This document shows, one piece after another, positions 23,983 to 33,450 of a stretch of 64,000 nt of DNA. Each line of letters opens with the position of its first letter. Position 1 is the stretch's first letter. Position numbers and translations under genes: made by a program. The stretch covers positions 188,303,233 through 188,367,232 of the forward strand of contig NC_090375.1 of NCBI RefSeq assembly GCF_036365525.1. Reading direction: 5' to 3'. The stretch is from Heterodontus francisci (Eukaryota). The notes below the pieces were generated by a model. It was not told the DNA's origin. It was given only the letters and a program-made list of their open reading frames with translations, and made no database searches.

Positions 23983-25479
23983 TTAGCATGGTAGCATATA
24001 AAACACAATGTTGTACTTAACCAACCTGTCCCTTTAAGAACAGAGAATCTAATTGCCATAAATCTGAAGTCACTCGGGTCAAGTTGTTGCTTGGGTAGGG
24101 AACATTGCAAATTATAAAATGCCTGTCAGATTGGAAGTTCACTGCATCAAGTAACTGGCTTTATCCCCTTATTTTTTTAACAAACTGCTTCACCTGTAAC
24201 ATTTGGTGTGTGATGTTTGTCCTGATGTACCATGTTTACTACACTACTAGTGGATCACCTGTGGGAATGCTCACAGTAAGTCTGAGGATGCTCTGCTTTA
24301 TCTGGGTAAAAAAACTTTGCCATGCATCACAGGATGTAAACACATGTTCCCTTAAGGCTCGGAGGTGCAGTTGATCTGAATTTTTGAAAACAGCCCTGGG
24401 GTAAGTTACTGGTCGTGCTGCGAATCAGAACCCTGGCTTTGATTCATTGACTGGTAAAGTAAAGAAGTTGGAACACCCTGATAATACGTTCACAGCATCA
24501 GGTAATTGATCCCCAGAAAAACTGGTTGTGAAGGCCTGAGGTCTACGATACGCCCAAGCCACCCAGCACTTTCCGAGTAAGCATAAAGGAAGCAAGGAGA
24601 CAAGATGGAAACTGTCCACTGTGTTTATTAGACATGGCTCAGTGGATAACACCCTTTCCCCGGGATAGCAGGTTTTGAGGTCAAGCTCCACTCCTGCATC
24701 TTCAGCACCCTCTGCCCAAATTACTCCCTGCTTACTTCAATGGAGAGTAATATCAGGTGGGGAGCAAAACCAGCATGGGATATACAAAAGTGTTACAGAA
24801 ATTTGTGACAGCAGGCCAGGGGCAAGATTTTTTTGGGCAGATCTCCTGTGGCATTGCTCACAACAAGGGACTAGATTGGACAGCTCCTTCAAAGAACCAG
24901 CACAGGATTTTGTCTGGTGCTTTGCTACCTTGCTCTGTCTTTCGTTATTGTCCTTGGTTCTTTTATCAATTTTTTCTTCCATGGTTTGCGTTTCCTGGTT
25001 ATTTGGCTTCATTCTTTCTTCTTTTCGCAAAATGAAAAATGGATCTGGGAGCCAATCTTTGAAGGAACAGCAGCACCATCTAGTGTCGGGAGGACTGAAA
25101 AGTAAACACAGTGCCACTCACACCACTCCCCCCGCCATCCCGCACTGCTGCCTTTATCAAACAGATAGCCATGTCCCATTTCCACAGGTGTCAATCACAA
25201 AGGTGCTGCTTAAACCATCTCAAGCACCCCAAATATTTTAGGCAGTTCAAGTAGCTGTTCACAACTTGTTAAAGTATAACTTCTTGAGAATACTGGTTTT
25301 TTTCTATTTCCCTGCCTTGAAAGATTATTGCAAGAAGGAAACAGCATGAAAAATGCTTAAAATTAGGTCAGTACTGAAAGGAATTCAGGGAAAAAGTGAT
25401 CTCCTGGACTATTGCCTAGGGAGAGTCAGAGAGAAATCTCCCCAGATGGTGTTTGTGGCACAATGTTGGGCATAGTCTC

Positions 25480-25815
25480 ATCCCTCCCTATTCCTGGAAA
25501 CTCCTTCTGCCCTACAATCCTCTGAAATTGCTGCGTTCATCAAATTCTGGCCTTGTGTGCGTCCCTGATTTCCTTTGCTCCGCCATTGGCCCCTTCAGCT
25601 GCCTAGGCCCATAAGCTCAGCAATTCCCTTCCTAAGCCTTTCCATCACTTATGCTTCCTTTTAAGATGCTCCTTAAAACCTACCTCTTTGACCAATTTTG
25701 GTCGTCTGTCCTAATATTTCTTAATGTGGTTTGCTGTCAAATTTTGTCTGATAACATTCCTGCGAAGTGACTTGTGACATTTTACTGCGTCAAAGATGTT
25801 ATATAAATGCAGGTT
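25480..25815 (+). mobile_element. L2 3' end
   Basis: ccttcagctgcctaggccc...cttaaaacctacctctttgacc...atataaatgcagg. Confidence 0.75.
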
Positions 25816-26429
25816 CTCAGCCTAACGTTGCTGTTGTATTGGGTGAAGGAAGAGGACATGTTGACATCCAGAAAGAGGGTAACTTGTGTCCCTCCCATTG
25901 CACTACTGCCACTCCTGCAAGGCTGTGGCTTATCCGTCCCACTCATGTGTGGGAGAGCAGTCACAGGAGCTGAGTGACACCTTGAAAGCCCTTATCTTTC
26001 GGTTCATCAGTCTCTTCAGGTTGGACCCCAGGGTCTGAATGGTAGCTGTTTGACCTTCCACCAAAGCTGCAAAGTCTGGTAACATAGACACCGGACTCCT
26101 CTTGTAAGGCTTTGGCAACAATGTCCACTGGAAGAGGCCACAATCTCCAGAGTAGACTGCAGTGCAGCAATGCTGTGTAAGAGGTTTGGAATGGGAATTC
26201 AAGATAGTTTACTGTGCCCTTGTGATGAGGAGTGAACAATGTGATGCGGGGGGGGGGGGGGGGGGGGGAATTGTTCGGATTGCTGTGGGAGGTGGGTGGA
26301 AAGGACTCTTACCAGGTATTGTGCAGAGAGATGGGGAGTGAGCCCTTGCTGCTCTGTGAGACCATTGAGGGGTTTGATGCTCAGGAAAGGTGCTAGGGGG
26401 TTGGGGGAGGTGATGGTCCTGAAGCTAAC

Positions 26430-26690
26430 TGTTGTGTGATTGCCTTTCAGAGTAATGTACCTTTAAGATCTTAGTATGCTAATGACCCAAGTACCAGGAT
26501 ATAGTCATGTGACTACATGCTTGTCCCACTCTGTAACTGTAACACCAAGAAGCAAGACCTGCAAATAGATAGCTCTGTACTGTGTATAGTTGTTAGTTGT
26601 TTAATAAATCTGTTTGAGATCTTCAACTACCTGAGCTCCACGCATCTCACTTATGGTGCATCAGACAACATAAAAAAGCTTCTCATTGCA
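26430..26690 (+). repeat. 5' LTR
   Basis: TGTTGTG...ATTGCA with internal AATAAA; about 22 substitutions versus the 3' LTR by manual alignment, no indels seen. Confidence 0.95.
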
Positions 26691-26705
26691 TGGTGGCAAT
26701 GGTGG
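26691..26705 (+). promoter_or_regulatory. Primer binding site, tRNA-Leu-like
   Basis: TGGTGGCAATGGTGG immediately after the LTR, versus TGGTGGCAGCGGTGG (complement of a tRNA-Leu 3' end including CCA, as recalled). Confidence 0.75.
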
Positions 26706-27427
26706 TGAGAAGAAAAAAATACAAGTTTTGACCACAGGAAAACAGCTTTAAAAACCAGCTACAGCTGGAAGTGGGAAAGTTAAAGAAAAATACTGCCCCA
26801 ACAGGGAAAGAAGAAAACCCCTTCATCTGCAGACAGAGCTCTGAACAACAGGTTACAGATCAATCACTGTGATCAGGTGAGTCAGTTTGCCATCGGTAGA
26901 GAAATCCCAGTTAAAAAAAGAAAAGCCTTTGAAGTCCTTAAAAAATTGATTTTTTTTCTGTCAAAGGCTCCCTGGGAGAGTAAAAAATACAGGGAAGACC
27001 CAATCCCTTTCTTAGGCTGATCGTGACGGACACCATTACAGGAGGCGTCCGACAACACAAAGCGCAGGAATCCTTCATTCATGTAGCTTGCAGCTAGAGC
27101 TATAAATAGAAACCATTAAATCAATGGAAGGCTCTAGAGCCTTCACTCACTCAGTCAGAGTTTAAAAAAAACTCGTAAAACCACTCAACCATGAAAAATT
27201 GCTGCTTGAAAGGCTGTATAAACAAACTAGCAGAGAGAAAAAAAAGCACTTGAAATACCTGTTGCACAGCTGTATAAACAGAACAGGCTTAGTGCTGGAA
27301 GCTAGACAAACAGACAATCTGCTGCTATCAATCAAATCAACCAAGACTGTTTCTTAATGAGGAAACAAGTACAGAGTCTTAAAGTAAGTTCTTAAAGCAA
27401 GCTTTAAAGCAAAAGAACAGCAGAAAG

Positions 27428-28110
27428 TTGGATTCCAATTTTCCCAGCATGAACTGGCAAGCCTTGGATATCCTATCCGAGTTCAAACTGTTCAAACAGA
27501 GAATGCAGTTATGCTTGACAGACCAAGTGCTGGAAGCAGAGAAGCAAACTAAAAATAATGATAGCGATTGGAAATGAGGGATTGCCAAGAGGCAATACGT
27601 ATGGATTATCTGAAGAGGACCAGAAAGATCCCACAAAGATATGGAAAGTGTTGGAAGATCAGCTCTGATTGAGAGTGAAATTTCAAATTCACCACCTGGT
27701 GCCCTATAGGCAACAACCACAGGAATCAATAGACCAGTTCATTAGTAGATGCCGAAGTAAGGCTAACGAATACGATTTCATAGAAGCTGAGCTGTCAGAC
27801 CGAATAATGCAGTTGGTGATTGTATCAACACCCATCAAAGCATTTCAGAAAGACCTCTTGGGGGAAAAAGAAAGGACAGCATTGATGCACTACTGGAAGA
27901 TGGCAGGAAGTATGAAACCATTGCAGCTAGACAACAGCATCTGCAAGCACTTGGTGCAGCCAACAGTATTGGATCCATAACCAGGTTGAAAAAGGCAAGC
28001 AAGCTGTGTGGTAAATGTGGTTGCTCCCACTCATGGTGAAGTTGTCTTGCATTTCGAGACCTGTGCAAGACATGCAGTGTAAAAGGACACTGGACCCGCC
28101 TATGCATGAA
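27428..28110 (+). pseudogene. gag: Degenerate gag (capsid-like region and two zinc knuckles)
   Basis: FPSMNWQALDILSEFKLFKQRMQL...KIWKVLEDQL*LRVKF...QQPQESIDQFISRCRSKA (MHR-like); CGKCGCSHSW*SC and CKTCSVKGHWTRLC at 28007-28105. Frameshifts and stops are present. Confidence 0.85.
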
Positions 28111-28339
28111 TTCCAGCTCAAAAGACAAAGCCAGAAGTCACGGTCGGATGCAAACAAACAGACAACAGGGCAACAGCAGCAAGGAAAGTGCAGAGACCTG
28201 TATAAACACAAGCCAATACATGAGGTCCACAGCAAAACAGACCAGAGACAAGACTTGGGTGGGAGCAAGTCTCGGTTAGAAGACGAGCAAGCATTCCACA
28301 TTGTGAACCTGACACATCACGTTGATGAAGTCCAACAAG

Positions 28340-28660
28340 CTTTCACCACCATCAACATCACGTGCCCAAGGAAAGCTGGCAAACATACACACAAGGTCAA
28401 GATTGACACTGGCGCTAGTGCAAATATCATACTGGTTCAAATCCTCAAAGATAGTGCCAGAATCGTTGGAGATCAATGATATAACTGACAACTGCCAAGT
28501 TATCTGCATACAATGGGTCACTCATCCCATGCAGTGGCACATTAACAATGCAATCCAGCTATGGCAAGTCAGCTTGGAAACCACAAACGTTCTACCTAGT
28601 AGACATGAGCAGACTGCCAGTGTGTAAGGACCTCAACATCATAACAATCCATGACAGTAT
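28340..28660 (+). pseudogene. Degenerate retroviral-type aspartic protease
   Basis: KVKIDTGASANII (DTG at 28405-28413); after a frameshift, KLSAYNGSLIPCSGTLTM...PQTFYLVD...LPVCKDLNIITIH. Confidence 0.85.
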
Positions 28661-28709
28661 TCCCAAAGGGAAATCTCCAAGGACCAGAATCTGCTCACAG
28701 ACTCTGACC

Positions 28710-29140
28710 AGCATCAAACGGCGCAGCCTGGGAACCCAGCAACAGCACAACGAGGCCGCGCCTTCACTTCTGCTGTCTAGAGAATCGCCAGCACCACAAC
28801 GAGCCAGAACGGACAGGTATCTCCATGAAACTAAGTACTCTTCCCCCAACAAATCCTTGACCTTGAGCCCCAAGTCTTCAGACACAGAGGATGAGGAGAG
28901 GCAAAGAACATGCAATGTCCTGAAGAGGCAGAGGAGGAATGAGTTGAAGCATTATCTGTTGGCTCTTTGAGATGATGTGCTGGAACTTTCCAAGAATGAT
29001 AAAACCTCAAAAGTAGTCTGCTTGAGAAAAGCAACAGAGTATGTTAGCAGGCTAAAGGCAGAGCAACAGAAACTGAAAGCAGAGAGGGCGAAATTGCAGA
29101 AAGAACAGCAACAGATGAGACGTAAACTCCTTGAGCAAGA
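28710..29140 (+). pseudogene. myc: Transduced Myc-family C-terminus (Myc box IV, NLS-like segment, bHLH-leucine zipper) with one internal stop
   Basis: IKRRSLGTQQQHNEAAPS (cf. LKRCHVSTHQHNYAAPPS); [90 protein letters not shown] (cf. c-Myc [60 protein letters not shown]...KLEQ). TGA at 28968 sits where Arg (CGA) is expected. Confidence 0.93.
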
Positions 29141-29278
29141 GTTGTCAAACCACCAAGACGACCTATGGACATTTGAGCCTCTATTCTTGTGAGTTTTATA
29201 ATCTCTAGCCATGTGTAAATAATTTTGATGTTATCTAATGTTATGTATTTTCACCATTAGCATACGAGACTTATCTTT

Positions 29279-29291
29279 GGAAAGAAGGGGA
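29279..29291 (+). promoter_or_regulatory. Polypurine tract
   Basis: GGAAAGAAGGGGA directly upstream of the 3' LTR. Confidence 0.9.
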
Positions 29292-29552
29292 TGTTGTGTG
29301 ATTGCCTTTAAGAGTAATGTATCTTTAAGATATTAGTATGCTAATGAGCCAAGTACCAGGATGTAGTCATGTGACTACATGCTCATCCCACTCTGTAACT
29401 GTAACACCAAGAGGCAGGACCTGCAAATAGAAAACTCTGTACTCTATAAAGTTGTTAGCTGTTTAATAAACCTGTTTGAGATCTTCAATTACCTGAACTC
29501 CACGCATCTCATTTATGTTGCATCAGACAACATAAAGAAGCTTCTCATTTCA
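29292..29552 (+). repeat. 3' LTR
   Basis: TGTTGTG...ATTTCA, 261 bp, followed by ctgac (5' flank ctaac). Confidence 0.95.
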
Positions 29553-30379
29553 CTGACCATCTTAGCCACCTCTCTCCAGGCTTGTTAAACATACATTTTT
29601 GGAATCTTCCTGCCATTAATGGGGAGGGAGAACTTTCATCTTCCACCTCTACTCTTTCACCATAAACTCCAGTGAGGTTTCAGAAAATCTGGGGATGTCT
29701 GCAACAGTCTCTGACCACATTCCTTTTTGCAGCAATGAAACAGCAAAACCAACCAGCTGGAAGTGCAGTATCCCTTTCAGCTTGATTTAAATGTGATTAA
29801 TTGTTCCAAACTGTGCATTTTGTGATACATATATAATTTCAATAATTTAACCTGGATTTTATCTTAGCTCTAAAAAAAACAAGCAATCATTGTAAGGTTT
29901 TGATGTGTGGATTAACAAGGTAAATTTCTAAATTAAACATAATGCAAAAGATTTCATGTAGATATACCATAAATAGCACTACGATTCATTCATTAATCCT
30001 GCTTGGATTGGGACTGCTACTGGGAGCTTGCACAAGAGGGGGTGACAAATTGAGTGCAGCTGCAGCTCTTAAAGGGGCTGCAGCTGCCACTTAAAGGGAA
30101 GCTTGCTTTTTTTTGGCAGTGATGGGATCACAGGCAGCAAACTGATTACTGGAAAGCTGTGGTACAATGCCGACAAAGAACCTGCAGCATTGGCTGAGCT
30201 TGTTTCTTCTTCAAGAAGTATGCCAAAGGAGTTTACTCCTTTTTTGCTGGGACTGAAGGGCATTCTCCTGACAGGAAGTCTGCCATATTAAGTGGGAGGA
30301 GGTGGTGGCACACAGGATCAATGCATATATAAATATAACAAATACTTTTATTTCTATATATATATATATATATGTAAAT

Positions 30380-30720
30380 ACAGAAAGTAGATGTAGAGAA
30401 AATGTTTCCACTTGTGGGGGTGTCTAAAACTAGGGGTCATAAATATGATAGTCACTAACAAATCCAATAAGGAATTCAGGAAAAGCTCCTTTACCCAGAG
30501 AGCAGTGAGAATGCGGAAATCACACAGGCAGTAGTTAAATCAAATAGTATAGATGCATTTATGGGGAAGCTAGGTAACTACATGAGTGAGAATGGAATAG
30601 AAGGATATGTTCACAGGGTAAGATGAAGTAGGGATGGTAGGAGGCTTGTGTGGAGCATAAATACCGGCACAGACCAGTTGGGCCGAATGGCCTGTTTCTG
30701 TGCAGTAAATTCCATGCAAT
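30380..30720 (+). mobile_element. CR1 3' fragment, preceded by (AT)n at ~30355-30372
   Basis: gtagatgtagagaaaatgtttccacttgtgggg...aactaggggtcataa...gggccgaatggcctgtttctgtgc. Confidence 0.8.
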
Positions 30721-31112
30721 TCGAATGTAAATACATTCAGATGAGGAAGTTTGCATGTTCAGAAGATCTGCCATTATAAAATGGGACTGCATTTCTACCT
30801 TCAAAATAGTTGGGCATGCTGCAAACTATCACATCTCAAATGAGGCTGCATGTCAAGCATTCAGACAATCTTATGGCTCTTGCGCAACATGTGCAACCTT
30901 CCACTGCAAAAAGACAAAGGAGTCAATATTCACTGTCCACACTTAGCATCAACTGGGCTTTAATTAAGGTCGGTTGCCTTACCGCCTCATTAACACTGGC
31001 GATATGGCCGGCTCCAATTTGAAACAGACCCTCTGCGGGGTGTCCAAAGCACCTGCCTATTTCAGGCAATAGCCCGTTTTTAATAAGGAAATCGGGGTCC
31101 TTTGTTTTGCTA

Positions 31113-31810
31113 CAGCAACAACATATTTATATTCATATAGCACCTTTAACATAACAAAACGTTCCAAGGCGCTTCACAGGAGAGTCATAAAGCAAACTAG
31201 ACATCAAGTCACTTAGGCGATTTTAAGGCAGATGACCAAAAAGCTTGGTCAAAGAGGTAGATTTTAAAGGGTGTCTTGAAGTGAGAAAGAGGGGTAGAGA
31301 GTTGGAGAGATTTAGGAAGAGAATTCCAGAACCCAGGGCCCAGACAGCCGACTGCACAGCCACCAATGGTGCAGCAATAAAAATCAGGGATGTTCAAGTA
31401 GCCAGAATTAGATGAGCACAGATATCACAAAGGGTTGTGGGACTGGAGGAGATTACAGAGATAGGGAGAGGCCAGAGCATGGAGGGATTTGAAAATAAGG
31501 CTGAGAATTTTAAAATCGAGGCGGTGATTGAATGGGAACCAATGTAGCTCAGCGAGAAGAGGGGAGATGGGTGAATGGGACTTGGTGCTAGTAAGGACAC
31601 GAGCAGCAGAGTTTTGGATGACCTCAAGTTTACAGAGGGTTGAATGTGGGAGGCCAGCCAGGGCTGTGTTGGAATAGTCAAGTCTAAAAGTAACAAAAGC
31701 ATGAATGAGGGTTTCAGCAGCAGATGAGCTGAGATATGGGGGTTGGGGGAAGGGGGAAGTTGGACAATGTTACGGCGGTGGGAATAAGTGGTCTTCGTGA
31801 TGGCGTGGTT
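31113..31810 (-). mobile_element. L2 LINE 3' fragment
   Basis: Minus-strand L2 C-terminal motifs (GGCAVGCLGPGFWNSLPKSL...FKIYLFDQAF) with a caacaacatatttat tail. Confidence 0.85.
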
Positions 31811-31844
31811 ATGTGGCCCATACATATACAAAGCCATAGGTCGA

Positions 31845-32380
31845 CACCATCAGGAGCAATGGGTTCAGTTCTGGGCACCACACCTTAGAAATGACATATT
31901 GGCCTTGGAAGGAATGCAGCGAAGAGTCACCAGAATGTTACCAGGGCTCCAAGGCATAGATTATGAGGAGAGATTGTATAAGCTAGGTTTGTATTCCCTG
32001 GAATATAAAAGGTCAAAGGATGATTTGATTGAGGTTTTTAGGATTTCGAAAAAAATTGATAGGTTAGAGAGAGAAACTTTTTTCTGCTGTTGGGTAGTCT
32101 AGGACAAGGGGAGATAAACCTAAAATCAGAGCCAGGCCAATCAGGAGAGAAGTTAGGAAACACTTCTTCAAACAAAGGGTGGTAGAAGTGTGGATCTCTT
32201 TCTCATAAAAAACAATAGATGCTACTTCAACGAATAAACTTAAATTTGAGATTGATAACAAAGGGTATGAAGGGATTATGGAGCCAGGGCTGGGGATTGG
32301 AGTTAGGATACAGATCAGCCATGGTCTCATTGAGTGGCAGAACGGGCTCGAGTGGCTGGATGGCCTACTCCTGTTCCTAG
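31845..32380 (+). mobile_element. CR1 3' fragment
   Basis: VQFWAPHLRNDILALEGMQRRVTRMLPGL..YEERLYKLGLYSLE. Confidence 0.9.
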
Positions 32381-32849
32381 CCAATCTAAAATAGGCAATC
32401 TAAGGTGCACTTGAAGTATACTTGCTCTCTGAGTGCACAGCAGCACAGAAACTATCTTGAGGCAGGATGAAGAGGGAGGCCTCCCTTAGATTCAGGGCTG
32501 ATATCATATTCTCCCTGTTCTTTCTCCTCTCACTCAAACGTTCCCAGATATATAATTGAGGGGTACAATACCATAGTGGTTATTTTACTGGACTAATGAT
32601 CTGGTGACATGAGTTCAAAACTTACTGCTTTATTTAAATTCAGTTAAATAAATCTGGAAGTAAAAAGCTTGTATCAGTAATGTTGACCATACAATGACTG
32701 GATTGCTGTAAAAACCCACCTGGTTCACTAATGTCCTTTAGGGAGGGAAATCTGCCAACGCTACCCAGTCTAGCCTACATGTGGCTCCAGACCCACAGCA
32801 ATATCATCGACTCTTAACTTTCCTCTGAAATGGCCTAGGAAGCCATTCA

Positions 32850-33258
32850 TTTTGTTTCCTTTTTCTTTGCTGGTTTGATTTTCTCTCTCTTGTTTCTCTC
32901 ATATTTCCTTTTCTTTTCTTTTGGACCCTGCCATTCACACCTCCTCCACACACATCTTTTATTTATTTTCTTGTCTCATTACCACTCCTCCCTTTGGCCT
33001 TACACCATCAATCCTTTTGTCATTTAATCTCTCCTGTCCTCCACCCTATCACAGTTTTTCTCCTCTTGTACATTTTCCCACCCTTCCTCCTTTCACTTGC
33101 TCAAAACCTATTACTTTCCTAACTTTTTCCCAGCTCTGATGAAAGGTTACAGACCTGAAACGTTAACTCTGTTTCTCTCTCCAGAGCTGCTGAGTATTTC
33201 TGGCATTTACTGTTTTTATTCCAGTTTTCCAGCATCCGTCGTATTTTGCTTTTGTGTT
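32850..33258 (+). mobile_element. Penelope-like element terminal repeat (pLTR) fragment
   Basis: Pyrimidine-rich tract followed by tctgatgaaaggttacagacctgaaacgttaactctgtttctctctcca...gctgagtatttc...ccagcatccgtcgtattttgct. Confidence 0.7.
33131..33170 (+). ncRNA. Minimal type I hammerhead ribozyme (Penelope-associated)
   Basis: CTGATGA at 33136-33142, stem II AGGT/ACCT with TACAG loop, GAAA at 33157-33160, then CGTTAAC (AACGTT palindrome for a dimeric stem III). Stem I is imperfect. Confidence 0.65.
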
Positions 33259-33450
33259 GTTGTAGCAAGCCACTCAGCTGTGTTCAAGAAGACGGCTCAC
33301 CAGTACCTTCTCAAGGGCAATTAGGAATGGGCAATAAATACTGACCTTACCAGCGATGCCCACATCCTGAGAGTGAATAAAAAAAATACAATTGAGTACA
33401 ATGCTATTATATTGCCATGTTGGTTGTATTGAGGGGGTGTTTTGCATGTA

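Larger units (their letters stand above)
26430..29552 (+). mobile_element. Non-autonomous Ty3/Gypsy (Mag-like) LTR retrotransposon carrying a captured myc bHLH-Zip region
   Basis: Two 261-bp LTRs, PBS, PPT, TSD ctaac/ctgac. Internal gag with two Zn knuckles, DTG protease and Myc C-terminus; no RT, RNaseH or integrase core. Confidence 0.93.
25960..29725 (-). mobile_element. Degenerate Harbinger-type Myb/SANT-like ORF remnant, interrupted by the LTR element
   Basis: The minus strand at 29553-29720 reads PRFSETSLEFMVKE*...PINGRKIPKMYV*QAWREVAKMVS (one frameshift) and continues VSFRTITSP across the TSD at 26424. This fits the Myb/SANT-like pattern PRFS..ELE.LV...AW.EVA..VS. Confidence 0.5.
32560..33390 (+). 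mobile_element. tRNA-derived SINE (family of 16281) split by a Penelope fragment
   Basis: Pieces at 32560-32848 and 33262-33390 match the SINE at 16281-16682. Confidence 0.7.

Noticed and set aside
24425-25241. Overlapping ORFs of 88-188 aa as possible exons
   Set aside because: No recognisable protein motif or consistent splice structure in any frame.
28548-29192. A genuine cellular myc gene (exon 3)
   Set aside because: It is enclosed by paired LTRs with PBS/PPT/TSD, fused to a retroelement protease, has an internal stop, and no MBI/MBII exon was seen in the window.
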